Source: Abditibacteriaceae bacterium (GTDB taxonomy: Bacteria; Armatimonadota; Abditibacteriia; Abditibacteriales; Abditibacteriaceae). Taken from it: 16,433 nt of DNA. A program made the translations under genes and the position numbers. The stretch's first letter is position 1. Every line of letters begins with the position of its first letter. The stretch is taken from NCBI GenBank assembly GCA_031372065.1, contig JANMKN010000142.1:1-16433 (forward strand), given 5' to 3'. Positions 7,908 to 15,144 of the stretch are shown one piece after another. The notes under the pieces were generated by a model. The model was not told where the DNA came from. It did not search any database and saw only the letters and a list, made by a program, of their open reading frames with translations.

Positions 7908-8372
7908 TTAGGCCGGGTTGGGCGGCGTATTGGCGCCGCCGGCATTCTGTTCAAAGCGCGCTTTCAATTCGCGTTGCTCGGTTTCCATGCCGTCGGCGTG
8001 CTGCACTTGACGGTATACCAAGAGCGCGGCGGTCATCACTTCGCTGCCGATTTGGGTGAGCGTGTCGTCCAACAATTCATGCAGACGGGCCACAGCGGTC
8101 AGGATGGGCATCAAGTCGAAAAACAACTCCAAATCGCGCTCCATCGTGGCGACATCGAAACTGCGGGGCAAAATGTCCTCGTTTTGCTTGGCGATTTCCA
8201 GCGCCTTTTGCACAAAAGCGCGGCTGCCATCGCCCAATTTGGGCAGGGCGCGGCGTTGATGAGTGGTCAAGTCAATCAAAAACGGCACTTTGTCTTTTAT
8301 CAGGGCGACGGCAGCTAAAGCGGCCTGCACATCGGCAGCCGTGACGGTGGCATCAATACGGTTTTGCAACAT
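7908..8372 (-). CDS. Hypothetical all-helical protein (154 aa)
   Basis: Strong RBS (AAGGAG-5nt-ATG); motifs PFLIDLT..RR.LPK.G and LPRSFD....RD resemble, from memory, a widespread uncharacterised family; function unknown. Confidence 0.8.
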   Translation of the reverse strand: MLQNRIDATVTAADVQAALAAVALIKDKVPFLIDLTTHQRRALPKLGDGSRAFVQKALEIAKQNEDILPRSFDVATMERDLELFFDLMPILTAVARLHELLDDTLTQIGSEVMTAALLVYRQVQHADGMETEQRELKARFEQNAGGANTPPNPA

Positions 8373-8840
8373 CTAAACTCCTTCTATGGCGCCAATTTAT
8401 GGCTCCGGGTCGGCGGGCGCGGGTTATACCGCTCCTATTCCGCATCCCGCAAATTCTACAGCACATTTAAAAACAGATGATTTTGGGGTAAATGTATTGA
8501 AACAAGCTCCTTTTACAGTAGATTTGAAAACGCCCATAGAGGCGGAATCAGCAACGTTAAAATAGGGCAAGGCCAGCAATTACGATAAAACGGCCTCTGG
8601 TTCAGGCTTCAAAAAACGTCCCGCGATGAATTAATTTTAACATCGCAGATGCATTTGTAAATATAACGCCTCTGCTTCAATTTGAGATTTGAATTGAGAT
8701 TCACTGTTTAGCAAAAGCAGGCGGCCTCCACTGGAATTTTTTCTGCGTTGCGACTACACTGCCCCGCTTAGTAGGCCCGTTGTTTTGGCCGTTTTTCAAC
8801 TTCATCAATCCATTCGATTTATCGAAACTCAGGAGACATT

Positions 8841-10298
8841 ATGCCAGAAGCAAATTGCGACATTGGTCTGATCGGTTTAGCCGTCATGGGTCAGAATCTC
8901 GTTCTCAACATGAACGATCACGGTTACAAAGTGGCCGTTTACAATCGCACCACATCCAAAGTGGACGATTTTCTCGCCGACGAAGCCAAAGGAACCGAAG
9001 TTGTCGGTTGCCACACCGAAGAAGAATTAGTCGCCGCTCTCAAAAGCCCGCGCCGCATCATGCTGATGGTCAAAGCGGGCGATACGGTGGACAAAGTCAT
9101 TGACCAAATCGCGCCGCTCATGGAAGCGGGCGACATTATCATTGACGGCGGCAACTCGCTGTTCACCGATTCCAATCGCCGCACCAAAGACTTGGCCGCC
9201 AAAGGCATTTTGTTCGTTGGCACCGGCGTTTCCGGCGGCGAAGAAGGGGCGCGAAACGGCCCTTCGATTATGCCGGGCGGCAATCCCGAAGCGTGGCCTC
9301 ACGTCAAGGAAATTTTCCAATCCATCGCTGCCAAAGTGGACGACGGCACGCCGTGTTGCGATTGGGTCGGCGAAGACGGCGCCGGTCACTACGTCAAAAT
9401 GGTGCATAACGGCATCGAATACGGCGATATGCAGCTTATCTGCGAAGCCTATCAACTGATGAAGGACGGCCTTGGCCTTAACGCCGACGAACTGCACCAA
9501 GTTTTTGCCGAATGGAATCAGGGCGAACTCGACAGTTACCTCATCGAAATCACGCGCGACATCTTTGCGAAAAAGGATGAAGACGGCGCGCCGATGGTGG
9601 ACAAAATCCTCGACACCGCCGGACAAAAAGGCACCGGCAAGTGGACGGGCATCAGTTCGCTCGAACTCGGCGTGCCTGTCACCTTGATTGGCGAAGCGGT
9701 TTATGCGCGCTGCGTTTCGGCGATGAAAGAAGAGCGCGTCGCGGCCTCCCAAGTTTTGAGCGGCCCAAAAGCGGAGATTTCCGGCGACAAAAAAGCGATC
9801 ATCGAAGAAGTGCGCAAGGCGCTTTACTGCTCGAAGATGATTTCCTACGCGCAAGGCTATATGCTGCTGCGCGAAGCCGCCAAAGAAAACAAGTGGAATC
9901 TAAATTTCGGTGGTATCGCTTTGATGTGGCGCGGCGGCTGCATTATTCGCAGCGCCTTTTTGGGCAAGATTAAAGATGCCTTTGACAAGAATCCCGACCT
10001 CAATAACCTGCTGATGGACGACTTTTTCAGCGGCGCATTGAACGAATATCAGGATGCGTGGCGCCGCGCCGTCATCAAAGCCATCGAATGCGGCGTGCCG
10101 ACCCCGGCGTTTTCGACGGCGTTGGCATTTTACGACGGCTATCGCACCGGGCGCCTGCCTGCCAACTTGCTGCAAGCGCAGCGCGATTATTTTGGCGCGC
10201 ACACTTACGAGCGCGTGGACAAACCGCGCGGCGAATTTTTTCACACCGACTGGACAGGCCACGGCGGGCGCGTCTCTTCCAGCACTTACAACGTTTAG
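8841..10298 (+). CDS. gnd: 6-phosphogluconate dehydrogenase, decarboxylating (NADP-dependent)
   Basis: IGLIGLAVMGQNL, IIDGGNS, GVSGGEEGA, GHYVKMVHNGIEYGDMQ, QAQRDYFGAHTY; RBS AGGAG upstream. Confidence 0.98.
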   Translation: MPEANCDIGLIGLAVMGQNLVLNMNDHGYKVAVYNRTTSKVDDFLADEAKGTEVVGCHTEEELVAALKSPRRIMLMVKAGDTVDKVIDQIAPLMEAGDIIIDGGNSLFTDSNRRTKDLAAKGILFVGTGVSGGEEGARNGPSIMPGGNPEAWPHVKEIFQSIAAKVDDGTPCCDWVGEDGAGHYVKMVHNGIEYGDMQLICEAYQLMKDGLGLNADELHQVFAEWNQGELDSYLIEITRDIFAKKDEDGAPMVDKILDTAGQKGTGKWTGISSLELGVPVTLIGEAVYARCVSAMKEERVAASQVLSGPKAEISGDKKAIIEEVRKALYCSKMISYAQGYMLLREAAKENKWNLNFGGIALMWRGGCIIRSAFLGKIKDAFDKNPDLNNLLMDDFFSGALNEYQDAWRRAVIKAIECGVPTPAFSTALAFYDGYRTGRLPANLLQAQRDYFGAHTYERVDKPRGEFFHTDWTGHGGRVSSSTYNV

Positions 10299-10307
10299 TT
10301 CTTTGTC

Positions 10308-10364
10308 AATCGTCAATGGTCATGGGTTTGAAAGCAACACGAAAACCTGCGACCATTGACGATT
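10308..10364. terminator. Stem-loop after gnd (terminator or REP-like, heptamer-based)
   Basis: aatcgtcaatggtc (10308-10321) / gaccattgacgatt (10351-10364), perfect 14-bp arms followed by T-rich sequence. Confidence 0.6.
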
Positions 10365-10391
10365 TTGATTTCAAAATGCGGCATTTAGCTC

Positions 10392-10420
10392 TTGCAATTG
10401 CTGCCCGTGATTTGTAAAAT
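10392..10420 (+). promoter_or_regulatory. Sigma70-type promoter for tRNA-Ala
   Basis: TTGCAA-17 nt-TAAAAT, about 30 nt upstream of the tRNA. Confidence 0.65.
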
Positions 10421-10451
10421 CGGTAGGGCTTACGAAGCAGAAGCAGAAAAA

Positions 10452-10524
10452 GGGGCCATAGCTCAGCTGGGAGAGCGTCGGTTTTGCAATCCGAAGGTCA
10501 GCGGTTCGATCCCGCTTGGCTCCA
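10452..10524 (+). tRNA. tRNA-Ala (anticodon TGC), CCA not encoded
   Basis: Acceptor GGGGCCA/TGGCTCC with G3:U70, D-arm AGCTCAGCTGGGAGAGC, loop TT-TGC-AA, T-loop GGTTCGATCC. Confidence 0.95.
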
Positions 10525-10537
10525 CTTTAAGAATCGC

Positions 10538-10586
10538 AAATAAAACGCCGCGCGATTGAAAATCAATCGCGCGGCGTTTTATTTTT
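10538..10586. terminator. Bidirectional intrinsic terminator
   Basis: Perfect 22-bp inverted repeat aaataaaacgccgcgcgattga / tcaatcgcgcggcgttttattt with A/T tails. Confidence 0.85.
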
Positions 10587-10674
10587 CATACAGGAATTCA
10601 TACTACGCCTGAACTAAAGATAAAAACTACGGATAAATCCGCCCAAAGGACAACCAATAAACACAGATAAAAAC

Positions 10675-10709
10675 AAAAAAGCCAAAGCTAAAAATAGCTT
10701 TGGCTTTTT
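10675..10709 (-). terminator. Intrinsic terminator after tRNA-Leu
   Basis: aaaaaagccaaagcta-aaaa-tagctttggcttttt. Confidence 0.8.
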
Positions 10710-10713
10710 CTTA

Positions 10714-10796
10714 TGTCGCAGAGAGGACTCGAACCTCCACGAGATTGCTCTCACTAGCCCCTCAAGCTAGCGCGTCTGCCATTCCGCCACTGCGAC
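10714..10796 (-). tRNA. tRNA-Leu (anticodon GAG), CCA not encoded
   Basis: Minus strand GTCGCAGTGGCGGAATGGCAGACGCGCTAGCTT-GAG-GGGCTAG, long variable arm, GGTTCGAGTCC, CTGCGACA; secG-tRNA-Leu(GAG) synteny as in E. coli secG-leuU. Confidence 0.95.
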
Positions 10797-10817
10797 AAAA
10801 AAGGTATTTACGTCGGT

Positions 10818-11150
10818 TTACGAACGAAGGCCCAACACGGTGCTCCAGATACGATTGCCAAACGTCATGATCACAACGTAAATCAAAAGCAGGACGGCGA
10901 AACGCGCGATGTCCGGCTCTGGCGAGGCGGCAAAGATGGCGGAAAACAGCAAGCCAATGCAAGCCCACCGTGTCAGCGGCTTCAGGATGCGTTCGGCGCC
11001 GACCAGCATATCCACACTGCCTGCCTGACGGCCACTGGCACCGCCAATGCCCATCACGCCACTTTGTTCGACCTTGTCAGTCTGCATCGCCATCAACGCG
11101 ATGACCAAAACCGCGTTAGCGACAAATAAAATTAAAGAGAAAGTTGCCAC
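10818..11150 (-). CDS. secG: Preprotein translocase subunit SecG-like membrane protein
   Basis: TM ending in ..MAMQ, Gly-rich loop (GVMGIGGASG), GAERILKPLT then second TM; GTG start at 11150 with GAGG RBS; followed by tRNA-Leu(GAG). Confidence 0.75.
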   Translation of the reverse strand: MATFSLILFVANAVLVIALMAMQTDKVEQSGVMGIGGASGRQAGSVDMLVGAERILKPLTRWACIGLLFSAIFAASPEPDIARFAVLLLIYVVIMTFGNRIWSTVLGLRS

Positions 11151-11240
11151 AAAAACCTCAAAACACAACAAAAAATCCGACACATCCTCATTTAATTGAA
11201 AAACAAAAGTTTCCTCAACCAAACAGCGACGCGAAATGAA

Positions 11241-11269
11241 ATTATAGACGAGACGCCCCCATGGGTCAA
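11241..11269 (-). promoter_or_regulatory. Sigma70-type promoter for secG-tRNA-Leu
   Basis: Minus strand TTGACC-17 nt-TATAAT. Confidence 0.75.
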
Positions 11270-11317
11270 GCCAAAACTTGAAAATTTAGCAAAGTGTGAC
11301 GCGAGGGCGGAGGTGTT

Positions 11318-11326
11318 TGCTAAAAT
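11318..11326 (+). promoter_or_regulatory. Possible extended -10 promoter for larBC
   Basis: TGC-TAAAAT about 40 nt upstream of the ATG at 11366. Confidence 0.4.
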
Positions 11327-11365
11327 CAAAGGCGTTGTCATTTGTTGACCCTTCATGCAGCATTT

Positions 11366-12127
11366 ATGAATCAAGAAAATTTACGCGCCTTGCTCGAAAA
11401 CGTGCAAAAGGGCGCGCTCTCCAGCGAAGCGGCGCTGGCCCAACTGCGCGATTTGCCGTTCGAAGACCTTGATTTCGCCAAAGTAGATCATCATCGCGGC
11501 CTCCGTCAGGGCTTTCCCGAAGTGATTTTCAGCGAGGGCAAAACGCCCGCTCAAGTGACGGCGATTGCTCAAGCCATGCACGCGCGCGGCGCGACGGTTT
11601 TGGCCTCGCGCGCCTCAAAAATTACTTTTGAAGCCGTGCAAACAGCCATTCCCGCCGCGACTTATCACGAAACCGCGCGCCTGATTCACATCAAAGGCGA
11701 AGTGGCGCCCCATTTGGCGGGTAAGGTCGGCGTTTTGTGCGCCGGAACCAGCGATTTGCCAGTGGCCGAAGAAGCCGCCGGAACGCTCGAAGCGATGGGC
11801 GCTGCCGTGGAACGCATTTATGATGTCGGCGTGGCCGGTTTGCATCGCTTGATGCATCATCGGAGTGTCTTTTCGGCGTGCGACGTGCTGATTGTCTGCG
11901 CCGGCATGGAAGGCGCCTTGCCCAGCGTCGTCGGCGGCTTGGTGGATATTCCGGTGATCGCCGTGCCGACCAGCGTCGGTTATGGCGCCAGCTTCGGCGG
12001 CTTGGCGGCCCTCTTGGGAATGCTCAATTCCTGCGCCAACGGCATCGCCGTAGTAAACATTGACAACGGCTTTGGCGCCGCCGCCTTCGCTGCCTCAATT
12101 TTGCGAAAGAGTAAATCGTCTGATTAG
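11366..12127 (+). CDS. larB: Nickel-pincer cofactor biosynthesis protein LarB (PurE-like carboxylase/hydrolase)
   Basis: DHHRGLRQGFPEVIF.EGKT, AGTSDLPVAEEA, DVGVAGLHRL, AGMEGALPSVVGGL, PTSVGYG, VVNIDNGFGA; ATG at 11366 is the likely start. Confidence 0.95.
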   Translation: MNQENLRALLENVQKGALSSEAALAQLRDLPFEDLDFAKVDHHRGLRQGFPEVIFSEGKTPAQVTAIAQAMHARGATVLASRASKITFEAVQTAIPAATYHETARLIHIKGEVAPHLAGKVGVLCAGTSDLPVAEEAAGTLEAMGAAVERIYDVGVAGLHRLMHHRSVFSACDVLIVCAGMEGALPSVVGGLVDIPVIAVPTSVGYGASFGGLAALLGMLNSCANGIAVVNIDNGFGAAAFAASILRKSKSSD

Positions 12128-12210
12128 GTTTTTTGGATGTTACGTCTTGGGTGTTTACTCAAGCCGTTTATAATTAAGCCCAAAGACCCACAACCTAAAA
12201 CTCAAAACCC
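12125..12210. repeat. Degenerate heptamer repeats in two roughly complementary arms between larB and larC
   Basis: taggttt-tttggat-gttacgt-cttgggt ... taagccc-aaagacc-cacaacc-taaaact-caaaacc. Confidence 0.5.
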
Positions 12211-13602
12211 ATGATCCTTTATTTTGATTGCTTTTCTGGCGTGTCCGGCGACATGGCTTTGGGCGCGCTGCTCGATTGTGGTGTGCCACTGGAAGCGTTG
12301 CGCGAGGGTTTGTCGTCGCTGCCTGTCGAAGGCTGGCATATCGCCGCCGAGCCGACGCTGATTTCAGGAATTCATGCTTTGGATGTGACAATTTCCGAAC
12401 ATGGTCTCACTGATGAGGAAGAACTCGCGCAGCATCAGGGCCACGAGCCTGATGCTCACGAGCATCATCACCATCACGGCCACGATAAACACCACAACTA
12501 CGGCCATCACGAGCATAAGCATGAGCATGAACACGACCATGAACACCATCACGAACATGACCATGAACACACACATGAACATCATCATGGCCGTTCGATG
12601 GCCGAGATTCGCGAAATTATCGAACGAAGCGCGTTGAGTGAGAAAGTGAAATCCACCAGTCTGGCGATCTTTTTAAAAATCGCGGAAGCGGAAGCGGCGA
12701 TGCATCACAGCACCGTGGACGAGGTGCATTTTCACGAAATCGGCGGCATAGATTCGCTGCTCGATATTTGCGGCGTGGCGTGGTGTCTTGACTATCTCGG
12801 CGTGGACGAAGTGCATTGCTCGGCGCTGCCACATTCGAGCGGCTTTGTAGATTGCGCGCATGGCCGGATGCCTATTCCCGCACCGGCCACCTTGCGCATT
12901 TTGCAGGGCGTGCCGATGGTTCCCACCGACATCAAAGGCGAACTCGTCACCCCAACCGGCGCGGCCATTGTCGCGACGCTCGCGCAAAGTTTCGGTGCGC
13001 CGCCGCCCTTAACAATCAGCGCCACCGGACACGGCGCGGGTAAAAAGCGTTGGCCCGACCGCCCTAATATGCTGCGTGCCACGCTCGGCACACGCGCGGA
13101 ACACACTTCTTTAGACGGTTTGGAGTGGCGCACGCTGAACGTGGTGGAATGCAACGTCGATGATATGAACCCAGAGTTGTGGGATCACGTCATGGCGCGA
13201 TTATTTGCCGTCGGTGCGCTGGATGTTTGGCTGCAAAACGCGCAAATGAAGAAAAACCGGCCCGCGACGATTCTACACGCGCTGTGCGATGATGCTACGC
13301 AAAACCAAGTCATCGCCACCCTTTTGCGCGAAACCACTACGCTTGGCGTGCGCGTGCAAAAAGTCCAGCGCGCCGCGATGACGCGCGAAATATCCCAAGT
13401 GGAAACGCCCTTTGGCCTTGTTCGCGTGAAAAGCGCTTATTGGCAACAAGGCAACGTGCAACGCGCCGTGCCAGAATACGACGATGTCACTCGTTTGGCA
13501 ACCGCAAACGGCGTCGCGGCTCGCGAAATTTATGAAGCGGCACAACGAGAGGCACAACAGGCCGCGCCGCGCCATTCGCACAACGACGAGAGCAACAGTT
13601 AA
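12211..13602 (+). CDS. larC: Nickel insertase LarC (full-length, with His-rich insert)
   Basis: YFDCFSGVSGDM.LGAL, VHFHEIG, CAHG.MPIPAPAT, ELVTPTGAAI, ECNVDDM.PE, MKKNRP, ETTTLGVR, PEYDD. Confidence 0.95.
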   Translation: MILYFDCFSGVSGDMALGALLDCGVPLEALREGLSSLPVEGWHIAAEPTLISGIHALDVTISEHGLTDEEELAQHQGHEPDAHEHHHHHGHDKHHNYGHHEHKHEHEHDHEHHHEHDHEHTHEHHHGRSMAEIREIIERSALSEKVKSTSLAIFLKIAEAEAAMHHSTVDEVHFHEIGGIDSLLDICGVAWCLDYLGVDEVHCSALPHSSGFVDCAHGRMPIPAPATLRILQGVPMVPTDIKGELVTPTGAAIVATLAQSFGAPPPLTISATGHGAGKKRWPDRPNMLRATLGTRAEHTSLDGLEWRTLNVVECNVDDMNPELWDHVMARLFAVGALDVWLQNAQMKKNRPATILHALCDDATQNQVIATLLRETTTLGVRVQKVQRAAMTREISQVETPFGLVRVKSAYWQQGNVQRAVPEYDDVTRLATANGVAAREIYEAAQREAQQAAPRHSHNDESNS

Positions 13603-13637
13603 AATAGATTGCGCAAGCAAGAGCAGGAGATAGATTT

Positions 13638-15137
13638 ATGCATTTTCAATGGAATTGGCGCCTGATTTTGGTGACCTTGTTTTTACCCATTTTGGGTTTC
13701 ATCGGCACCGCAAGCGCCCAACGGTCGTTGCCCACGGACACCGTCAACATCGCCGCCGCTTCGCGCGGCGGGCGCATTGTCAATCAGCCGACGGTGCTGG
13801 ACGACCAAAAAGAATACGGCTCGCAAAATTTAATTGACGAGAAAATCTACAGCGCCGATGGCAAAGGTTCTTTTGGTTGGGTTAGTAACCACTATGATCC
13901 GATCAATATGGAAGAAGTCGTTGTTGGCTTCGCTGGCAATGAATCAAAGCGCATTGGGCGCATCGTATTAAATCCCGCCACTTATGTCGCGCGCGAGCGT
14001 TGGGCGAAAGATATTTCGTTGGAGGTTTCCGATAATATCAATGGCCCATGGCAGAACATCGCCGAAATCACCCTCAAACAAGTTCCCGAATGGCAGGAAT
14101 TCAAATTTTTGCCCGTAGATGCGCGTTTTGTCAAATTGCGTTTTCGCACCAATTATGGCTCTGACCGCGCCATTGCGCTGGGCGAAGTGCAAATATTCGA
14201 ATCCATTAACACCGAAAAAGGCATCGGCGGCACGATAGGCCGTTTGGAATCTGCTATTGCTGAACTGGACAAATGGCGCAAGAATCAACTGGAACTGGGA
14301 GTCGGCGCTGCGGTGCAACGCGTCAGCACTCCCAATGCGCCGTCCTCCAACGTCAATATCGCGGCAAAATCGAACGGCGGCAAAATCGTGGCGGTTTCCT
14401 CGGTTTTTGAAAGCGAACGAGGCAAAGGCCCCGACCTCACTTACAACGCCGATAAATTGATTGACGAGCGCGTGTGGCAAAAGGAAGACAAACCCAGCAA
14501 CGGCTGGTCAAGCGAAGGCTTTGTGCCCGGCCAACAGTGGGTCATTCTCGGCTTCAAAGATGATAGAGCGCAGCCTATCGGCAAAATTGTGTTCAGCCTG
14601 ATGTGCTATCAGCCGCGTGATCGCTGGGCACGGCGCGTCGAAGTTCAGGTCAGCAATAAAGCCTACAAAAATGAGGACGATTTAAAATCGTTTCGCACCA
14701 TTCAAACCATTAATTTAGCTTCCGTCACCAGCAATCAGATTTTCGATTTGCCGCCCACCGAAGCCCAATATGTGCGCTTGGTTTTCACCGCCAATGGCCC
14801 CGGCGGTGTAGACATTCCCGGCATTGACCCCGATGTCAATTCTGACCGCGCTGTCGCTTTGGGCGAAGTGGAAATTTATCCGCCAAAAGCGACCAATAGC
14901 GATTTGGATAGCATCATCACGCGCTTTAAAAACATTTCGTCCGATCTCAAGCGCCTGAGCCGCACCAATCCAGAGTTGGCCGCCTTAGAGATTCCTGAAA
15001 TAAACGCGGCCACCGAAAATGCCTTGTTAGACACGCCGGATAAAGATAATCCTCCCAAGGCGCCGCAAGTGACGCCGGCTCAATCGGCAGCGAACACCCG
15101 CATCAAAACCGCCCGAACTCCGATTCGACGACCATAA
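13638..15137 (+). CDS. Secreted protein with two discoidin / F5/8 type C-like (galactose-binding-like) domains
   Basis: Signal peptide ending ASA; duplicated domain NIAA.S.GG.IV ... ARFVKL/AQYVRL ... SDRA.ALGEV.I; RBS AGGAG. Confidence 0.7.
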   Translation: MHFQWNWRLILVTLFLPILGFIGTASAQRSLPTDTVNIAAASRGGRIVNQPTVLDDQKEYGSQNLIDEKIYSADGKGSFGWVSNHYDPINMEEVVVGFAGNESKRIGRIVLNPATYVARERWAKDISLEVSDNINGPWQNIAEITLKQVPEWQEFKFLPVDARFVKLRFRTNYGSDRAIALGEVQIFESINTEKGIGGTIGRLESAIAELDKWRKNQLELGVGAAVQRVSTPNAPSSNVNIAAKSNGGKIVAVSSVFESERGKGPDLTYNADKLIDERVWQKEDKPSNGWSSEGFVPGQQWVILGFKDDRAQPIGKIVFSLMCYQPRDRWARRVEVQVSNKAYKNEDDLKSFRTIQTINLASVTSNQIFDLPPTEAQYVRLVFTANGPGGVDIPGIDPDVNSDRAVALGEVEIYPPKATNSDLDSIITRFKNISSDLKRLSRTNPELAALEIPEINAATENALLDTPDKDNPPKAPQVTPAQSAANTRIKTARTPIRRP

Positions 15138-15144
15138 ACTAATT

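Noticed and set aside
7640..8059. Arg-rich 139-aa ORF and the 7687-7911 ORF on the plus strand
   Set aside because: Translations of the 21-bp repeat, no RBS, partly antisense to the 154-aa gene.
4909..8549. Direct repeats bounding the Roco block (cgccccataggaatc vs cgcccatagaggcggaatc)
   Set aside because: Too short and gapped to call att sites; no integrase in the window.
8373..8840. ncRNA or riboswitch in the 470-nt divergent intergenic region
   Set aside because: AT-rich with only weak hairpins; no motif I can recognise. An Rfam scan would be needed.
10452..10796. tRNA-anchored genomic island
   Set aside because: No duplicated tRNA 3' end or integrase seen, and the flanking genes are housekeeping.
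11151..11222. Longer secG start given by the ORF track (11222)
   Set aside because: GTG at 11150 has a GAGG RBS and gives a typical SecG N-terminus.
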